Positions 18,500-29,448 of a DNA stretch of 64,000 nt are shown here, in pieces; within the stretch, counting starts at the first letter, position 1, and each line of letters opens with the position of its first letter. Under the pieces are notes generated by a model. It saw nothing but the letters and a program-made list of their open reading frames with translations. It was not told where the DNA came from and searched no databases. A program made the translations under genes and the position numbers. The stretch is from contig CAZAAL010000002.1 in NCBI GenBank assembly GCA_964483315.1, forward strand, positions 72,689-136,688. The letters run 5' to 3'. Source of the stretch: an uncultured Candidatus Saccharibacteria bacterium. GTDB taxonomy: Bacteria > Patescibacteriota > Saccharimonadia > Saccharimonadales > UBA10212.

Positions 18500-19135
18500 A
18501 TGGACGAAGTCAAAGATACACCGACGCCGGTTTATAACGCGCCGGAACCTAAAAAGCAAAAAAGTTCTACGCTAAAAGTGGTACTATTTTCGTTATTATT
18601 TTTAGTCGTTGGAGCAGCCGGTGGCTACTACTACGCAAATTCGCAGGCTCAAGCCGAACTTGATCAAAAGGCCGAAGAGTTAGCCAAAGTTGAAGCCGAA
18701 AAAGCAAAATTAACCAACGAGCTAGCTGATGCTAAAAAAGCATCAGAAAAATCCACAACAGTTGTTTCAAAAGAGGTAAGTCAGGAACAACTTGATAACA
18801 TAATCGACTCTGTGGGCTCTGGTAACTACTCAGCCCTTAAAAGCTACTTAGCTGATCCGGTCAAAGTAGTGATTGCGGCATCTGAATTCGGCAAAGACCG
18901 CACGCCGACGGAAGCTATTGCCGATCTTAAGTACCTAGACAGTGCTACCGACCCATGGAATTTTGATCTGCCAGCAACCGAGCTAACTGAATATAAAAAC
19001 GGTGACTATAAGCAGTACTTTCCTACTAAAGCTTTAGTCGGAAAATCAAAGGACGGAAAGGTTGTAGTATTTGGTTTTAACTCTGACGCCAAAATCAATT
19101 TGATTTTTATGGCTTCTAGCGCCGATATTTTGTAG
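18500..19135 (+). CDS. Hypothetical membrane-anchored protein with a coiled-coil segment
   Basis: TM segment LKVVLFSLLFLVVGAAGGYYYA, then a Lys/Glu/Ala-rich stretch. Confidence 0.55.
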   Translation: MDEVKDTPTPVYNAPEPKKQKSSTLKVVLFSLLFLVVGAAGGYYYANSQAQAELDQKAEELAKVEAEKAKLTNELADAKKASEKSTTVVSKEVSQEQLDNIIDSVGSGNYSALKSYLADPVKVVIAASEFGKDRTPTEAIADLKYLDSATDPWNFDLPATELTEYKNGDYKQYFPTKALVGKSKDGKVVVFGFNSDAKINLIFMASSADIL

Positions 19136-19858
19136 ATGACTAACTCCCAAAAATTTATCGATGACTTTAAAGCAATAGAGTCATTGCTTCGACGCAGGTA
19201 CGGATCAAAAATGACTTTTAGTAGTTTTTTGCAGGTACTTAAAAAAGCCGAAGAGCAAGATATGACCGTTGCCTATTTTTCGAATGACCTAAGAGAGTAT
19301 GCTGAGCTAAGGAATGCAATATTGCATAATCGATCGCCAGAATCTAACGAAGCAATTGCTGAGCCACATTTTGTTGTTGTAAAGCGAATCGCCGGAATTA
19401 GGGGATATCTGGAAAACCCACCCAAAATTTCGAAAGTTGCCAAAGGGCCAGTATATTCTGCTAAGGGTAGCCATTCGATTTTAGCTACCGCTAGATTGAT
19501 GTTTAACGAGGTCTATACTCATGTGCCGGTATACGATGAAAAGAATAACTTTAAGGGGGTTTTAAGCGAAACAAGCCTGCTAAGGTATGTAGGTAGCCAG
19601 TTAGACAAAGTACTTCATAGCGATGCCATAATTGAAGATATGTATCAGTTTTTAGATAAAAGTGGTGATAAGTTTAATGACCATATATTTTTACCTGAGC
19701 ACTTTGGACTACTTGAAGCACGAGCCAAGTTTGTAGAATCCGCGAATATAGGCACAAGGCTTGGCGCAATCTTTGTTACCCAAAACGGCAGTTCGCAAAA
19801 AACCATTAAAGGTATAATCACTGCATGGGACTTGCCCAGTCTGGAAGTTAAATTTTAA
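19136..19858 (+). CDS. CBS domain-containing protein (tentative)
   Basis: VYTHVPVYDEKNNFKGVLSETSLLRYV and GAIFVTQNGS...IKGIITAWDL look like a CBS pair. Confidence 0.45.
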   Translation: MTNSQKFIDDFKAIESLLRRRYGSKMTFSSFLQVLKKAEEQDMTVAYFSNDLREYAELRNAILHNRSPESNEAIAEPHFVVVKRIAGIRGYLENPPKISKVAKGPVYSAKGSHSILATARLMFNEVYTHVPVYDEKNNFKGVLSETSLLRYVGSQLDKVLHSDAIIEDMYQFLDKSGDKFNDHIFLPEHFGLLEARAKFVESANIGTRLGAIFVTQNGSSQKTIKGIITAWDLPSLEVKF

Positions 19859-19873
19859 TAAAGGAGCACTGTA

Positions 19874-20113
19874 GTGGCAAATGACGAAAAACAGCAACAA
19901 ATTAATTTCGGGATTGATCCGAACATTGTTAAAACCTTATATGTTGATTCCTATCTAATTAGCAACAATCAACACGTAGTAACCTTTAGTTTTGCTCAGG
20001 CTTTACCTGATCCGACCCAGCACAACATTGTTGCAAGAGTTTCGATGACTAAAGCCCAAGCTAAGGAGTTTTTATCAACCCTAAATGAGCATATTGAGAA
20101 GTTTGAGGTATAA
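19874..20113 (+). CDS. Small protein, DUF3467-like (tentative)
   Basis: 79 aa. The pattern YVDSYLIS...VVTFSFAQ...VARVSMTKAQAKEFLSTLNEHIEKFE resembles that family. GTG start. Confidence 0.4.
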   Translation: MANDEKQQQINFGIDPNIVKTLYVDSYLISNNQHVVTFSFAQALPDPTQHNIVARVSMTKAQAKEFLSTLNEHIEKFEV

Positions 20114-20115
20114 AA

Positions 20116-20142
20116 TTAGCACTCTCACTTGACGAGTGCCAA
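20116..20142. promoter_or_regulatory. CIRCE-type inverted repeat (HrcA operator) overlapping the clpC promoter
   Basis: TTAGCACTC-N9-GAGTGCCAA versus consensus TTAGCACTC-N9-GAGTGCTAA. TTGACG (20129-20134) plus an 18-bp spacer plus TACAAT (20153-20158). ATG 7 nt later. Confidence 0.75.
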
Positions 20143-20165
20143 CATAGTGATTTACAATAAAATGT

Positions 20166-22676
20166 ATGAATCCAAATTCACCCGATTTTCAAGATTTTTT
20201 GAACCACCTAACAGATAATGCACTGAGCAGTTTAAAGCATGCTGACCAAATTGCTAGGGTCGGTGGTAACGCTTATGTTGGCACCGAACATTTACTGCTG
20301 GGTGTGCTAGCTCAAGATGGTTCGATGGCATCTAAAATCTTGCAGGACAGTGGCATTACACTTGATAGAGCCAAATTGGCACTGAATTTAACACCTAAAA
20401 CTGTGGTTATGAGCATGGGTTCACGGGGGTTAAACGAAATCGCCAAGCTTACACTTAAAATGGCTTGGGATATTGCCCAAGAGTTTGGTCAAGATTTTTG
20501 CGGAACCGAACATATTTTGTATAGTATCCTTACTCAAAAGAACGCCAGAGCAACCATTTTACTTAAAGACATGAACGTTGATGTTGATCGTTTAATTGGC
20601 GAAATTGAGCAATTTTTAAACCGCCAGCAGTTTGAAGAGAGTGACTCATCTGGACTTCGGGGCTCAAAACTAAAATCCAAGAAGAAAACAACCCTAGAAT
20701 TTTTTGGTACCGACATGACAGCCGAAGCAAGATCAGGCAAGCTTGATCCGGTTATTGGTCGTGAAGCACAAATTAAAAGGGTTATTACTATCCTCAACCG
20801 ACGCACTAAAAATAACCCTGTATTAATTGGCGAACCAGGTGTAGGCAAAACAGCGATTGTAGAGGGCTTGGCTCAACGTATAGTCAACGAAGAGGTGCCC
20901 GACAGTTTAATTGATAAACGTATAATTATGCTGGATTTGGCGGCTATGATTGCCGGTACTAAATATCGTGGCGAGTTTGAAGACAGGCTAAAAAAGGTTA
21001 TGTCAGAGCTTGAGAATGATACAAAAACCATAGTCTTTATTGATGAGTTGCACTTAATAGTTGGCGCTGGTGCCGCCGAAGGCTCAATGGATGCAGGTAA
21101 TATGCTAAAACCAATGCTTGCAAGGGGTAAAATGCAATTAATTGGTGCTACCACTACCAGCGAATACACTAAATATATTGAAAAGGATGCTGCCCTAGAG
21201 CGAAGGTTCCAGCCGGTTCAGGTACCCGAGACAAATGTAGCCGAAACAACTGCAATCCTAAAAGGCTTAAAAAAGCATTACGAAAGCTACCACGGCGTAA
21301 ATATTGCAGACGAAGTTGTTGAAGATACTGTAACATTTGCCAAGCGCTATATTAATGATCGTTACATGCCCGATAAGGCCATAGATCTACTTGATGAAAC
21401 TGCTGCCCATCTAAAAGTTGATAAAGGCAAAACTCCGCCGGCTGTCAGAAACCTACAAAAAGAGATCAAGCTCGTTAATTCGCGGATTGAAGACGCCGTT
21501 GAGGCCGAAAATTATGAAAAAGCTGCCAGCGAAAAACAAAAGGCTAGCCAACTGGAAGCCGAACTTAAAAAACTTTCTGATAAACACAAGGCAGGTAAGT
21601 CGCTTACTATGACCAGCGACGATGTTGCTGAGACGGTTGCCAGAATAACAGGTGTGCCTGTAACCAAAGTCATTAAAAGTGAAGCTAAGTATTTGGCTAA
21701 TCTTGAAAAGAATATGGGTAAATACATAATCGGTCAACCAGAGGCTGTTACCCAAATATCTAAAGCATTAAGACGCAGCAGAACCGGTATTTCAAGTTCA
21801 GAACGGCCAATTGGATCATTCATATTCCTTGGCCCGACCGGAGTTGGCAAAACCGAAATGGCGAGAGTCCTAGCCAAAGAATTTTTTGGTAGCGAATCAG
21901 CGTTAGTAAAAATTGATATGAGCGAATTTGGCGAGCACCACACGGTTAGTCGTCTGGTTGGAGCACCTGCCGGTTATGTAGGGTATGATGATGGCGGCCA
22001 ACTGACCGATAAAATTCGCCGACAACCATACAGTGTTGTGCTTTTTGACGAAATCGAAAAAGCTCACCCCGACGTATTCAACATGTTGCTACAGATTTTA
22101 GAAGATGGTCGTCTAAGCGATGCAAAAGGCCGACCAATTGACTTTACTAATACCGTAGTAATAATGACCAGTAATATTGGCGCTAAAAAATTGCAAAAAG
22201 CCGGTGGTTTTGGCTTTAACCTAGCTGATGATCATAGCTCGGGCGGGTTAGATAGCCTATACGAATCCAATAAAGAAAAAGTCTTGGATGAGCTTAAAAA
22301 GATGATGCGACCAGAGCTTTTAAACCGCATCGATCAGGTAATGGTCTTTAGAACGCTATCAAAAGAAAATGTACTTAGAATTTTAGATATTCAAGTCGAC
22401 GATTTACGAAAACGATTGGTAAAAAGTGGAATTGGCGTTGAGCTGAGCCGACAAGCAAAGAATTATTTAATAGAAAAGGGCTATGACGCAGAAAACGGAG
22501 CTCGCCCTCTAAGGCGACTTATTCAGGACACGCTCGAAGATCAAATCGCTACTGGCTTAATCGACAGCACTTACCAAAAGGGCGATATAATTAAAGTTGG
22601 CGTTAAAGACGATAAGTTAACCTACACTAAACTGAGCGAATCGCCTACCAAACAAGACGCCAAAACAAAGCCTTAA
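20166..22676 (+). CDS. clpC: ATP-dependent Clp protease ATP-binding subunit ClpC (class I AAA+)
   Basis: Two Clp_N repeats ([20 protein letters not shown]). Two Walker A sites ([18 protein letters not shown]). UVR-like middle segment [21 protein letters not shown]. Confidence 0.9.
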   Translation: MNPNSPDFQDFLNHLTDNALSSLKHADQIARVGGNAYVGTEHLLLGVLAQDGSMASKILQDSGITLDRAKLALNLTPKTVVMSMGSRGLNEIAKLTLKMAWDIAQEFGQDFCGTEHILYSILTQKNARATILLKDMNVDVDRLIGEIEQFLNRQQFEESDSSGLRGSKLKSKKKTTLEFFGTDMTAEARSGKLDPVIGREAQIKRVITILNRRTKNNPVLIGEPGVGKTAIVEGLAQRIVNEEVPDSLIDKRIIMLDLAAMIAGTKYRGEFEDRLKKVMSELENDTKTIVFIDELHLIVGAGAAEGSMDAGNMLKPMLARGKMQLIGATTTSEYTKYIEKDAALERRFQPVQVPETNVAETTAILKGLKKHYESYHGVNIADEVVEDTVTFAKRYINDRYMPDKAIDLLDETAAHLKVDKGKTPPAVRNLQKEIKLVNSRIEDAVEAENYEKAASEKQKASQLEAELKKLSDKHKAGKSLTMTSDDVAETVARITGVPVTKVIKSEAKYLANLEKNMGKYIIGQPEAVTQISKALRRSRTGISSSERPIGSFIFLGPTGVGKTEMARVLAKEFFGSESALVKIDMSEFGEHHTVSRLVGAPAGYVGYDDGGQLTDKIRRQPYSVVLFDEIEKAHPDVFNMLLQILEDGRLSDAKGRPIDFTNTVVIMTSNIGAKKLQKAGGFGFNLADDHSSGGLDSLYESNKEKVLDELKKMMRPELLNRIDQVMVFRTLSKENVLRILDIQVDDLRKRLVKSGIGVELSRQAKNYLIEKGYDAENGARPLRRLIQDTLEDQIATGLIDSTYQKGDIIKVGVKDDKLTYTKLSESPTKQDAKTKP

Positions 22677-22697
22677 TGCTATACTTTTTAAGACGTT

Positions 22698-23669
22698 ATG
22701 AGCGCCTTTAAAAAGATTCTAAAATTTAGTTTGATAGGTGTACTTTTAGTACTCCCCTTTGTTATTTATCTGAATTTACAAAACATCAGTGATTGGTGGC
22801 GTCTTAGCAACTACCAGCCAAGTGCTCAAATTAGCTCGATAGCTAACGATACAACAATGACTGATTACGGTAAAAAACTGTTCTATGTAAATCAACCGCA
22901 ACTGCTTGATAAAGCAACTTTTAGGCAAAACTGCACTAATGCCGAGCAATCTATCGTTTTGGGTTGCTATATTGAGGGTCAAGGTATCTACATATTTAAT
23001 GTTACCGACGAAAGGCTAGACGGAGTGCACGAGGTCACATCGGCTCATGAGATGTTGCATTCGGCCTACGATAGGCTATCTGACGAAGAAAGAGCCAAAG
23101 TCGATAGCATGATTGCCGACAATTTTGCCAGAGTAAAAAACCAACGCGTTTTAGATACAGTTGAGCAATATCGTTCAAAGGATCCATCGGTTGTGCCAAA
23201 CGAGCTACATTCAATTTTAGGTACTGAGGTTAGAGAGCTAACCCCGGATCTTGAGCAGTACTATAAAAAATACTTTCTTAACCGTCTGGCAGTTGTCGAA
23301 ATATCCGAAAAGTACGAAAAGGTTTTTACCGAGCGGGAAAACCAAATTAAATCCTATGATGAGCGTCTTAAAACATTAAAAAAACAGATTGATGATCAAC
23401 AAACCAGCCTTGAGACTCAATCTAAGCAATTAGCTGAGCGTCGAGCGGTCTTAGAATCTTTACTTAATTCGAACAAAACAGATGAGTATAATGCAGCAGT
23501 GCCCGGTTTTAATGCTTTTGTAGCAAGCTATAACAATGGGGTCAAACAAGTGAAAGTATTAATTGGCGAATACAACACAATTGTCGCCCAGCGCAACAGC
23601 ATCGCAAGTGAAGAGCAAGAGCTTATTAACGCCATCGATACACGACTTAGCCCCCAAGCAACCGAATAA
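22698..23669 (+). CDS. Membrane-anchored protein with HExxH motif and coiled-coil tail (putative metallopeptidase-like)
   Basis: TM anchor ILKFSLIGVLLVLPFVIYL, VTSAHEMLHSAY, and a C-terminal heptad-rich region. Confidence 0.5.
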   Translation: MSAFKKILKFSLIGVLLVLPFVIYLNLQNISDWWRLSNYQPSAQISSIANDTTMTDYGKKLFYVNQPQLLDKATFRQNCTNAEQSIVLGCYIEGQGIYIFNVTDERLDGVHEVTSAHEMLHSAYDRLSDEERAKVDSMIADNFARVKNQRVLDTVEQYRSKDPSVVPNELHSILGTEVRELTPDLEQYYKKYFLNRLAVVEISEKYEKVFTERENQIKSYDERLKTLKKQIDDQQTSLETQSKQLAERRAVLESLLNSNKTDEYNAAVPGFNAFVASYNNGVKQVKVLIGEYNTIVAQRNSIASEEQELINAIDTRLSPQATE

Positions 23670-23689
23670 TCTGATAAACTAATTCTAAT

Positions 23690-25039
23690 ATGGCAAAAAA
23701 AAGTGCGGTTAAGTTTGTTTGTAGCAGTTGTGGGGCGTTTTATTCGGCCTGGACAGGCAAATGTAACAACTGTGGTGAATGGAATACTTTAGTTGAGCAA
23801 TTGGACGTGTCTGAGCAATCAGCCTTAAAAAGCGGCCATCAACTTAAAGCCCAAAAAATCTCCGATGTTTTAACCGCTAAGCCGGCAACTAGGATTGATA
23901 CTGGGCTAAGTGAAGTCGATGCCGTTTTGGGTGGTGGTTTTGTGCCAGGCAGTGTTAATCTGCTGGCTGGTCAGCCCGGTATTGGTAAAAGCACGCTTAT
24001 CCTGCAAATCGCGAACCATATCGCCCAAAAAGAACCGGTTTTATACGTAACTGGCGAAGAGTCAGAGCAGCAAATCGGACTTAGAGCTTCGAGGCTTGGT
24101 GTGAAAGCAAAAAATCTGAGTCTGGCAACCAGTACAAGCGCAAATGACATTGCTCTAACAATATCTGGTGGTGACTATAAATTAGTAATCGTTGATTCGA
24201 TTCAAACAATGGCTGTATCCGAAATAGCGTCGGCTCCTGGTAGCGTCAGTCAAATAACAAATTCTACACAACTTTTAGGTGTATCAGCAAAATCTAGTGG
24301 TACGGTTATGGTGTTAATCGGTCATGTAACAAAAGAAGGCCACGTTGCTGGCCCTAAAGTCTTAGAACATGTTGTGGATGTTGTTTTACAACTGGAAGGC
24401 GACAGATATGGTGGTTTTAAGGTTTTAAGAAGCCAAAAGAACCGGTTTGGCTCAACCGCTGAGGCCGGAATTTTTGAGATGAACGAACAGGGCATGAGTC
24501 AGGTGGCTAATCCATCTCAGGCGCTTTTAGCTGAACGCCAAATATCGAGTGGCTCGATTGTGCTGGCAACACTTGAAGGTATGCGACCAGTTTTAGTTGA
24601 GGTTCAGGCTTTAGTAAATCGTACTAGCTATGGATATCCTAAACGTACGGCCAGCGGGTTTGACTTAAACCGACTTAATTTGTTGTGTGCCATGCTAGAG
24701 CAAAGAACCAAGCTAAAACTTGGCGACAAAGATATTTTTATCAATATAGTGGGTGGCATAAAACTTGACGATCCTGCAACTGATTTAGCGGTTTGTATGG
24801 CTATCGCAAGCGCCGAAAAGGACATGTTGCTAAAAAAGAATGCGGTAGTTTTTGGTGAGGTAGGTCTATCGGGTGAGGTCAGGCATGTTCCATTAATCGA
24901 AAAACGAATAGCTGAGGCTAAAAAACTTGGCTTTGATTCGGCAATTGGGCCAAAAATGCGCGCAGGCAAAAGCCCTAGCTTTTTGCAAAGCGTGCCTGAT
25001 GTTCGAACAGCCCTAAATTCATTTTTAGAAAAAGACTAA
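23690..25039 (+). CDS. radA: DNA repair protein RadA
   Basis: Zinc finger CSSCGAFYSAWTGKCNNCGEWNT, Walker A GQPGIGKST, KNRFG motif and a Lon-like C-terminal domain. Confidence 0.92.
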   Translation: MAKKSAVKFVCSSCGAFYSAWTGKCNNCGEWNTLVEQLDVSEQSALKSGHQLKAQKISDVLTAKPATRIDTGLSEVDAVLGGGFVPGSVNLLAGQPGIGKSTLILQIANHIAQKEPVLYVTGEESEQQIGLRASRLGVKAKNLSLATSTSANDIALTISGGDYKLVIVDSIQTMAVSEIASAPGSVSQITNSTQLLGVSAKSSGTVMVLIGHVTKEGHVAGPKVLEHVVDVVLQLEGDRYGGFKVLRSQKNRFGSTAEAGIFEMNEQGMSQVANPSQALLAERQISSGSIVLATLEGMRPVLVEVQALVNRTSYGYPKRTASGFDLNRLNLLCAMLEQRTKLKLGDKDIFINIVGGIKLDDPATDLAVCMAIASAEKDMLLKKNAVVFGEVGLSGEVRHVPLIEKRIAEAKKLGFDSAIGPKMRAGKSPSFLQSVPDVRTALNSFLEKD

Positions 25040-25044
25040 ATGGT

Positions 25045-28000
25045 TTAATCAACTTCTCTAGTGTCAGAGTTGCCATCATTGTCTTCAACTCTTACTGTTA
25101 CACCGTTTGGCAAGTTGCCACCTGTGCATGATAGGGAATTGGTTGGTCCACATTGGGCAACCGCACCAAAGTAAACAGTGTAAGGACCCGTTCCCCCGCT
25201 CCACGAATATTCAACTTGTCCGCCACTTTTATCGGCTTTATTGAATGACAGACCACCGCCACCACCACTTAAGTTGACGCTGATTGAATTTGAGCCATCG
25301 TAAAGTACACTGTCGACAACTACCGCACTAATCGTCTTAGAGCCGTTGTAGCTCGAGTTAAAGCTAACATTGTAGGTTCCTGGTCCGTTAATTTCGATCG
25401 AACAACCTGATACAGCTGAGCCACCATAAGAACAACCTGATAGTGGCTGGCCATCAATGCTAAAGCTTAGATTACCTCTAAACTGTGGGCTAGATATGGC
25501 ATGTGTACCTTGTGATACATTGGCTGTAATTGTATAACTACCACCGGAACCGCCAATACTAAACGAAACAGACGGTTTAATATCATCACATTTATGAACA
25601 TCGTCTTTTTCTTCGCCATTTGTACCGCCCGGTCTTAAGGTATCGCCAGAGAAGCTTTCGGCATCACCTTCAGTGACTTCTTGCTTGGCCCGGTCTGGCG
25701 TACAATCGGTTGCTAACTTGTTACTGACTCTGTCGATAGTTTTCTTTTTGTTCGATGAGGCGCCTTTTTTCTTATACCAAGCCGGGAATAAGTCTTGGGC
25801 TGGGCTTGGTTCTTGCGAGCCGACACCAACGTGCGTTCTAACAACATAGGCTGGAAGCGTTTGTACACCGGCGGGTTTTTGGCGTTCTTCAGGTTGAAGA
25901 TTGTCATGAACTCGTCTCATCCACCCCGACCAAATTGGTTCCGTCATGTTTTCCATAAAACCGGTCATTTCGACATTACCAGTATGATGACCAACCCATA
26001 CACCGGCAGCATACTGAGTTGAAAAGCCCATCAACCAACCGTCTTTTGCATCGTTAGTCGTACCGGTTTTTAGTCCAAACTTATGGCCCTTATAAACGTG
26101 TGGTTTACGGCTAAAGTAGCTAGCACGCGGGTCGCTCATCATATCGGACACAATATAAGCTGTATCAGCCCTCACAGCTTGTTCACCTTGGGTGGGCTTC
26201 CATTCGTCAATAGTTTTTCCACCAGCGTCCTCAATCTTAAGGATGTATGTCTGTGGTAGTTTAACACCGTTTCGACTAAGGGTTCCGTAGGCGTGAACGT
26301 GCTCATCCAGGCGCAAATAAGCTCCATCACCAATAGCTGAGCTAGAATAGCACTGTGTTTCGTTTTCTTTTACCCCAACAGGCTTGCCAGGTTCGTAACA
26401 TTTATAGCCACTTTTAAGCCCAAGGCTTTCAGCAGTTTGTATAGTCTTATCAACTCCGGCAATAAGCATTGCTTTTACAGCTGGTACATTTCGTGAACCG
26501 CCCAGCGAATATCTTAGAGTAATTGGTCCTGGATACCTAAAATCATAGTCAAATAAACAGTTTCCACCTTGCTTTGGTCTAGCTTTGTTAGTGCAAGGAT
26601 AGCCTTCAAGCGGGCTCTGGGTGTCGTAAAGTACTGAGCCAGCCCCAAAACTGTCCGTATGTTCGATCAAGGCCGCGTAATCATAAGGCTTAAAGCTCGA
26701 ACCTGGTGGTAACGGTCTGGTAGCAAAATTAACCTCGCCAGCTTTAGTTTTGTCATTAAAATCCGGGCCTCCTACCAGCGCAACAACTTGGCCGGTTTTA
26801 ACGTCTTCGGCAACAAATGCCGCTTTATTGCCTCGTTGGCGCTCGACTTGTCGCATACCTTTTGCAAGTTCGTCTTCAGCGATGGCTTGAAGATTTAAAT
26901 CAAGTGTTGTGGTAACTTTCCAGCCACCAATTTTAGCTGAACCCTCGCCATCACTTGGAACATACTTTTCAACTAATTGATCTTTGGCAGCTAACACAAA
27001 ATAGGGAGCTTTTATACCGTCATACTTGGCTAGTCGCGGTTTTACTTTAGCAACTGTATCAACCTTTTTGGCCTCATCACGCTCTTGGGCAGTTATGGTG
27101 CCCATTTCAGCCATGACATCTAAAACATAGTGCTGTCGGCCTATAAAGGCAGGTCTGTCAAAGTCAGGGCTGTATGGCGAATAATATCTTGGTGATTTTG
27201 GAATTGCCGCCAAAAAGGCTGACTCATCCAGGGTTAAGTCTTTAGCGCTTTTATTAAAGTAGTTTTGGGCAGCTGCTTCTACCCCATATTCTATTCCGCC
27301 ATAGGGAGCAACGTTTAAGTATCCAGTTAAAATTTCGTTTTTTGAATAACTACGTTCAAGCTCAACAGAAAGAATAAGCTCTTTAACCTTGCGTTTATAT
27401 GAACGGTCTTTTGTCCAATCTTGGGTTAACTTAACTAATTGTTGAGTGATTGTAGAGCCACCTTGTGTACTGCCACTACTACCGAATGCGTTATTCAGGC
27501 CTGCGCGGAATATACCTTTGGTGTTAAAACCTCTGTGGCTGTAGAATTCACGGTCTTCAATGGCGATTGTGGCATCTTTAACGTCTTGAGATATATCGTC
27601 ATACGGAACTGGTATACGCTTTACGGCTCCGTAATCTTCCCACAATAATACCTTGCCGGTTTTATCATAATAACGAATACTTCCACCGATGTTACCGCCG
27701 GAGATATCTTTTAGGTTAGGTAAATCCTTCCTAAAATAAGCAAAAACACCAAGAGTTGATAAGAAAAATACAATAATGCCAATCCCAACAATCTTAAGAG
27801 CCATCAAACGGCCGTCTTTAGAGCTCCAGTAAGCCCAAAGTCGTTTTGGTTGTAAGCGCCAAGCAATACGTTTTAAGCGTGATTTTGGCATGCCCCGCAG
27901 ACGTTCTGCTTTTCGGCGAGCTTTGGCATCAGCCTTTTCTTTATAGCGGTCTCTAAAAGATTGTTTAGCTTTAATAACGTTACCCGAACGGGTAGTAATA

Positions 28001-28071
28001 AACTTACTATTTGGGCGCCTTGGTTGTTGGTTCGATTTTGATTTAGAACCTGATTTAAGGGGCGATTTCAT
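25045..28071 (-). CDS. Class A penicillin-binding protein (transglycosylase/transpeptidase) with a long Gly/Ser-rich C-terminal extension
   Basis: GT51 motif EDREFYSHRGF. Transpeptidase SSFKP (SxxK) and KTGTTND. 1008 aa. Confidence 0.9.
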   Translation of the reverse strand: MKSPLKSGSKSKSNQQPRRPNSKFITTRSGNVIKAKQSFRDRYKEKADAKARRKAERLRGMPKSRLKRIAWRLQPKRLWAYWSSKDGRLMALKIVGIGIIVFFLSTLGVFAYFRKDLPNLKDISGGNIGGSIRYYDKTGKVLLWEDYGAVKRIPVPYDDISQDVKDATIAIEDREFYSHRGFNTKGIFRAGLNNAFGSSGSTQGGSTITQQLVKLTQDWTKDRSYKRKVKELILSVELERSYSKNEILTGYLNVAPYGGIEYGVEAAAQNYFNKSAKDLTLDESAFLAAIPKSPRYYSPYSPDFDRPAFIGRQHYVLDVMAEMGTITAQERDEAKKVDTVAKVKPRLAKYDGIKAPYFVLAAKDQLVEKYVPSDGEGSAKIGGWKVTTTLDLNLQAIAEDELAKGMRQVERQRGNKAAFVAEDVKTGQVVALVGGPDFNDKTKAGEVNFATRPLPPGSSFKPYDYAALIEHTDSFGAGSVLYDTQSPLEGYPCTNKARPKQGGNCLFDYDFRYPGPITLRYSLGGSRNVPAVKAMLIAGVDKTIQTAESLGLKSGYKCYEPGKPVGVKENETQCYSSSAIGDGAYLRLDEHVHAYGTLSRNGVKLPQTYILKIEDAGGKTIDEWKPTQGEQAVRADTAYIVSDMMSDPRASYFSRKPHVYKGHKFGLKTGTTNDAKDGWLMGFSTQYAAGVWVGHHTGNVEMTGFMENMTEPIWSGWMRRVHDNLQPEERQKPAGVQTLPAYVVRTHVGVGSQEPSPAQDLFPAWYKKKGASSNKKKTIDRVSNKLATDCTPDRAKQEVTEGDAESFSGDTLRPGGTNGEEKDDVHKCDDIKPSVSFSIGGSGGSYTITANVSQGTHAISSPQFRGNLSFSIDGQPLSGCSYGGSAVSGCSIEINGPGTYNVSFNSSYNGSKTISAVVVDSVLYDGSNSISVNLSGGGGGLSFNKADKSGGQVEYSWSGGTGPYTVYFGAVAQCGPTNSLSCTGGNLPNGVTVRVEDNDGNSDTREVD

Positions 28072-28203
28072 ATAGAACTTGGTACCTACTCTCCGTAAAA
28101 TAAAGCCTACTAATTATATCAAAAAACTAACAAAAATCATCAATAAAAATAAGCATTATTAGCCACAGCTTTAATTGTAGTAAACTAATAGCAAGAGCAT
28201 AAG

Positions 28204-29448
28204 ATGACATTATCTGAAGATTTAATTTGGCGGGGATTGATAAAAGATAAAACTTTTGGCGATTTGGCGTGGCTAGACGAACCAAAAACTTTTTATCATG
28301 GTGTGGATTGCTCAAGCGATAGCCTAACGGTTGGCAACTTAGCAGCGTTAATGCTTGCTAAAAGATTTATTAGCTATGGTTGGAAAGCTGTAATTTTAGT
28401 TGGTGGTGCAACCAGCCTTGTTGGCGACCCAGGTGGTAAGAGCCAAGAACGCGATTTAAAAGATAAAGCCCAAATCGAACAAAATGTAACAGCAATCAAA
28501 AAACAGATTGAGTTTTTGTTTGAAGGGCAGCCAGTTGAGTTTGTTAACAACATTGACTGGTTTAGCCAGATTGGCTACTTAGATTTTTTAAGGGACATCG
28601 GTAAGCATTACTCAATGACCGAACTAACCCAGCGCGACTATATTGCCGAGCGAATGGGCGAAGGCGGCAGTGGTATCAGTTATGCCGAGTTTAGCTATAC
28701 CTTAATACAAGGTTACGATTTTTGGCATCTGTTTAAGTCTAAAGGGGTTGTATTGCAGATTGGTGGCTCAGATCAGTGGGGAAATATGTTAAGTGGAGTA
28801 CCCCTAATTCGTAAAAAAGAGAATGCCGAAGCCCATGTTATGACAATGCCCTTGGTAATCGATAAAAATACTGGCCAAAAATTCGGTAAAAGCGAAGCAG
28901 GTGCAATATGGCTTGATCCTAAGGGCACTACTCCATATCAGTTCTATCAGTTTTGGTTAAACTCAACCGACGAAGATGTTCTTGACTATTTAAAAATTTA
29001 TACATCAGTAGATAGCAATCAAATTGCTGAGCTAGTTGAAGATTTAAAACAAGCTCCTGGCGAGCGTAATGCTCAAAAAACACTAGCCTACCAAGTAACT
29101 AAACTTGTGCACGGTAACGATATTGCCGAAAGTGTGCAAAAGATAACCAACGTTCTATTCGGGGGTCACGATTATCATCAGTTGGTCGAGTCAGACTTTA
29201 ACCTACTTAAGTCTGAGCTACCTATTACAAGAGCAGGTGTGGGGGCTGATTTGGTTGACATACTTGTGAAGACTGGTTTGTCGGCTTCTAATACCGAGGC
29301 TCGTCGGTTTTTATCTGAAAGCGCTATCTATGTAAATGGCCAACAATTTTCGTTAAATAAAACTAAGCTGGATGAAGCAGATTTTATATCTAACCATGCT
29401 TTAATTAGACGTGGTAAAAATGCACAGGCAGTCATAGAAAGGCAATAA
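28204..29448 (+). CDS. tyrS: Tyrosyl-tRNA synthetase
   Basis: YHGVDCSSDSLTVGNL (HIGH-region equivalent), KFGKS (KMSKS equivalent) and a C-terminal S4-like domain. Confidence 0.9.
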   Translation: MTLSEDLIWRGLIKDKTFGDLAWLDEPKTFYHGVDCSSDSLTVGNLAALMLAKRFISYGWKAVILVGGATSLVGDPGGKSQERDLKDKAQIEQNVTAIKKQIEFLFEGQPVEFVNNIDWFSQIGYLDFLRDIGKHYSMTELTQRDYIAERMGEGGSGISYAEFSYTLIQGYDFWHLFKSKGVVLQIGGSDQWGNMLSGVPLIRKKENAEAHVMTMPLVIDKNTGQKFGKSEAGAIWLDPKGTTPYQFYQFWLNSTDEDVLDYLKIYTSVDSNQIAELVEDLKQAPGERNAQKTLAYQVTKLVHGNDIAESVQKITNVLFGGHDYHQLVESDFNLLKSELPITRAGVGADLVDILVKTGLSASNTEARRFLSESAIYVNGQQFSLNKTKLDEADFISNHALIRRGKNAQAVIERQ

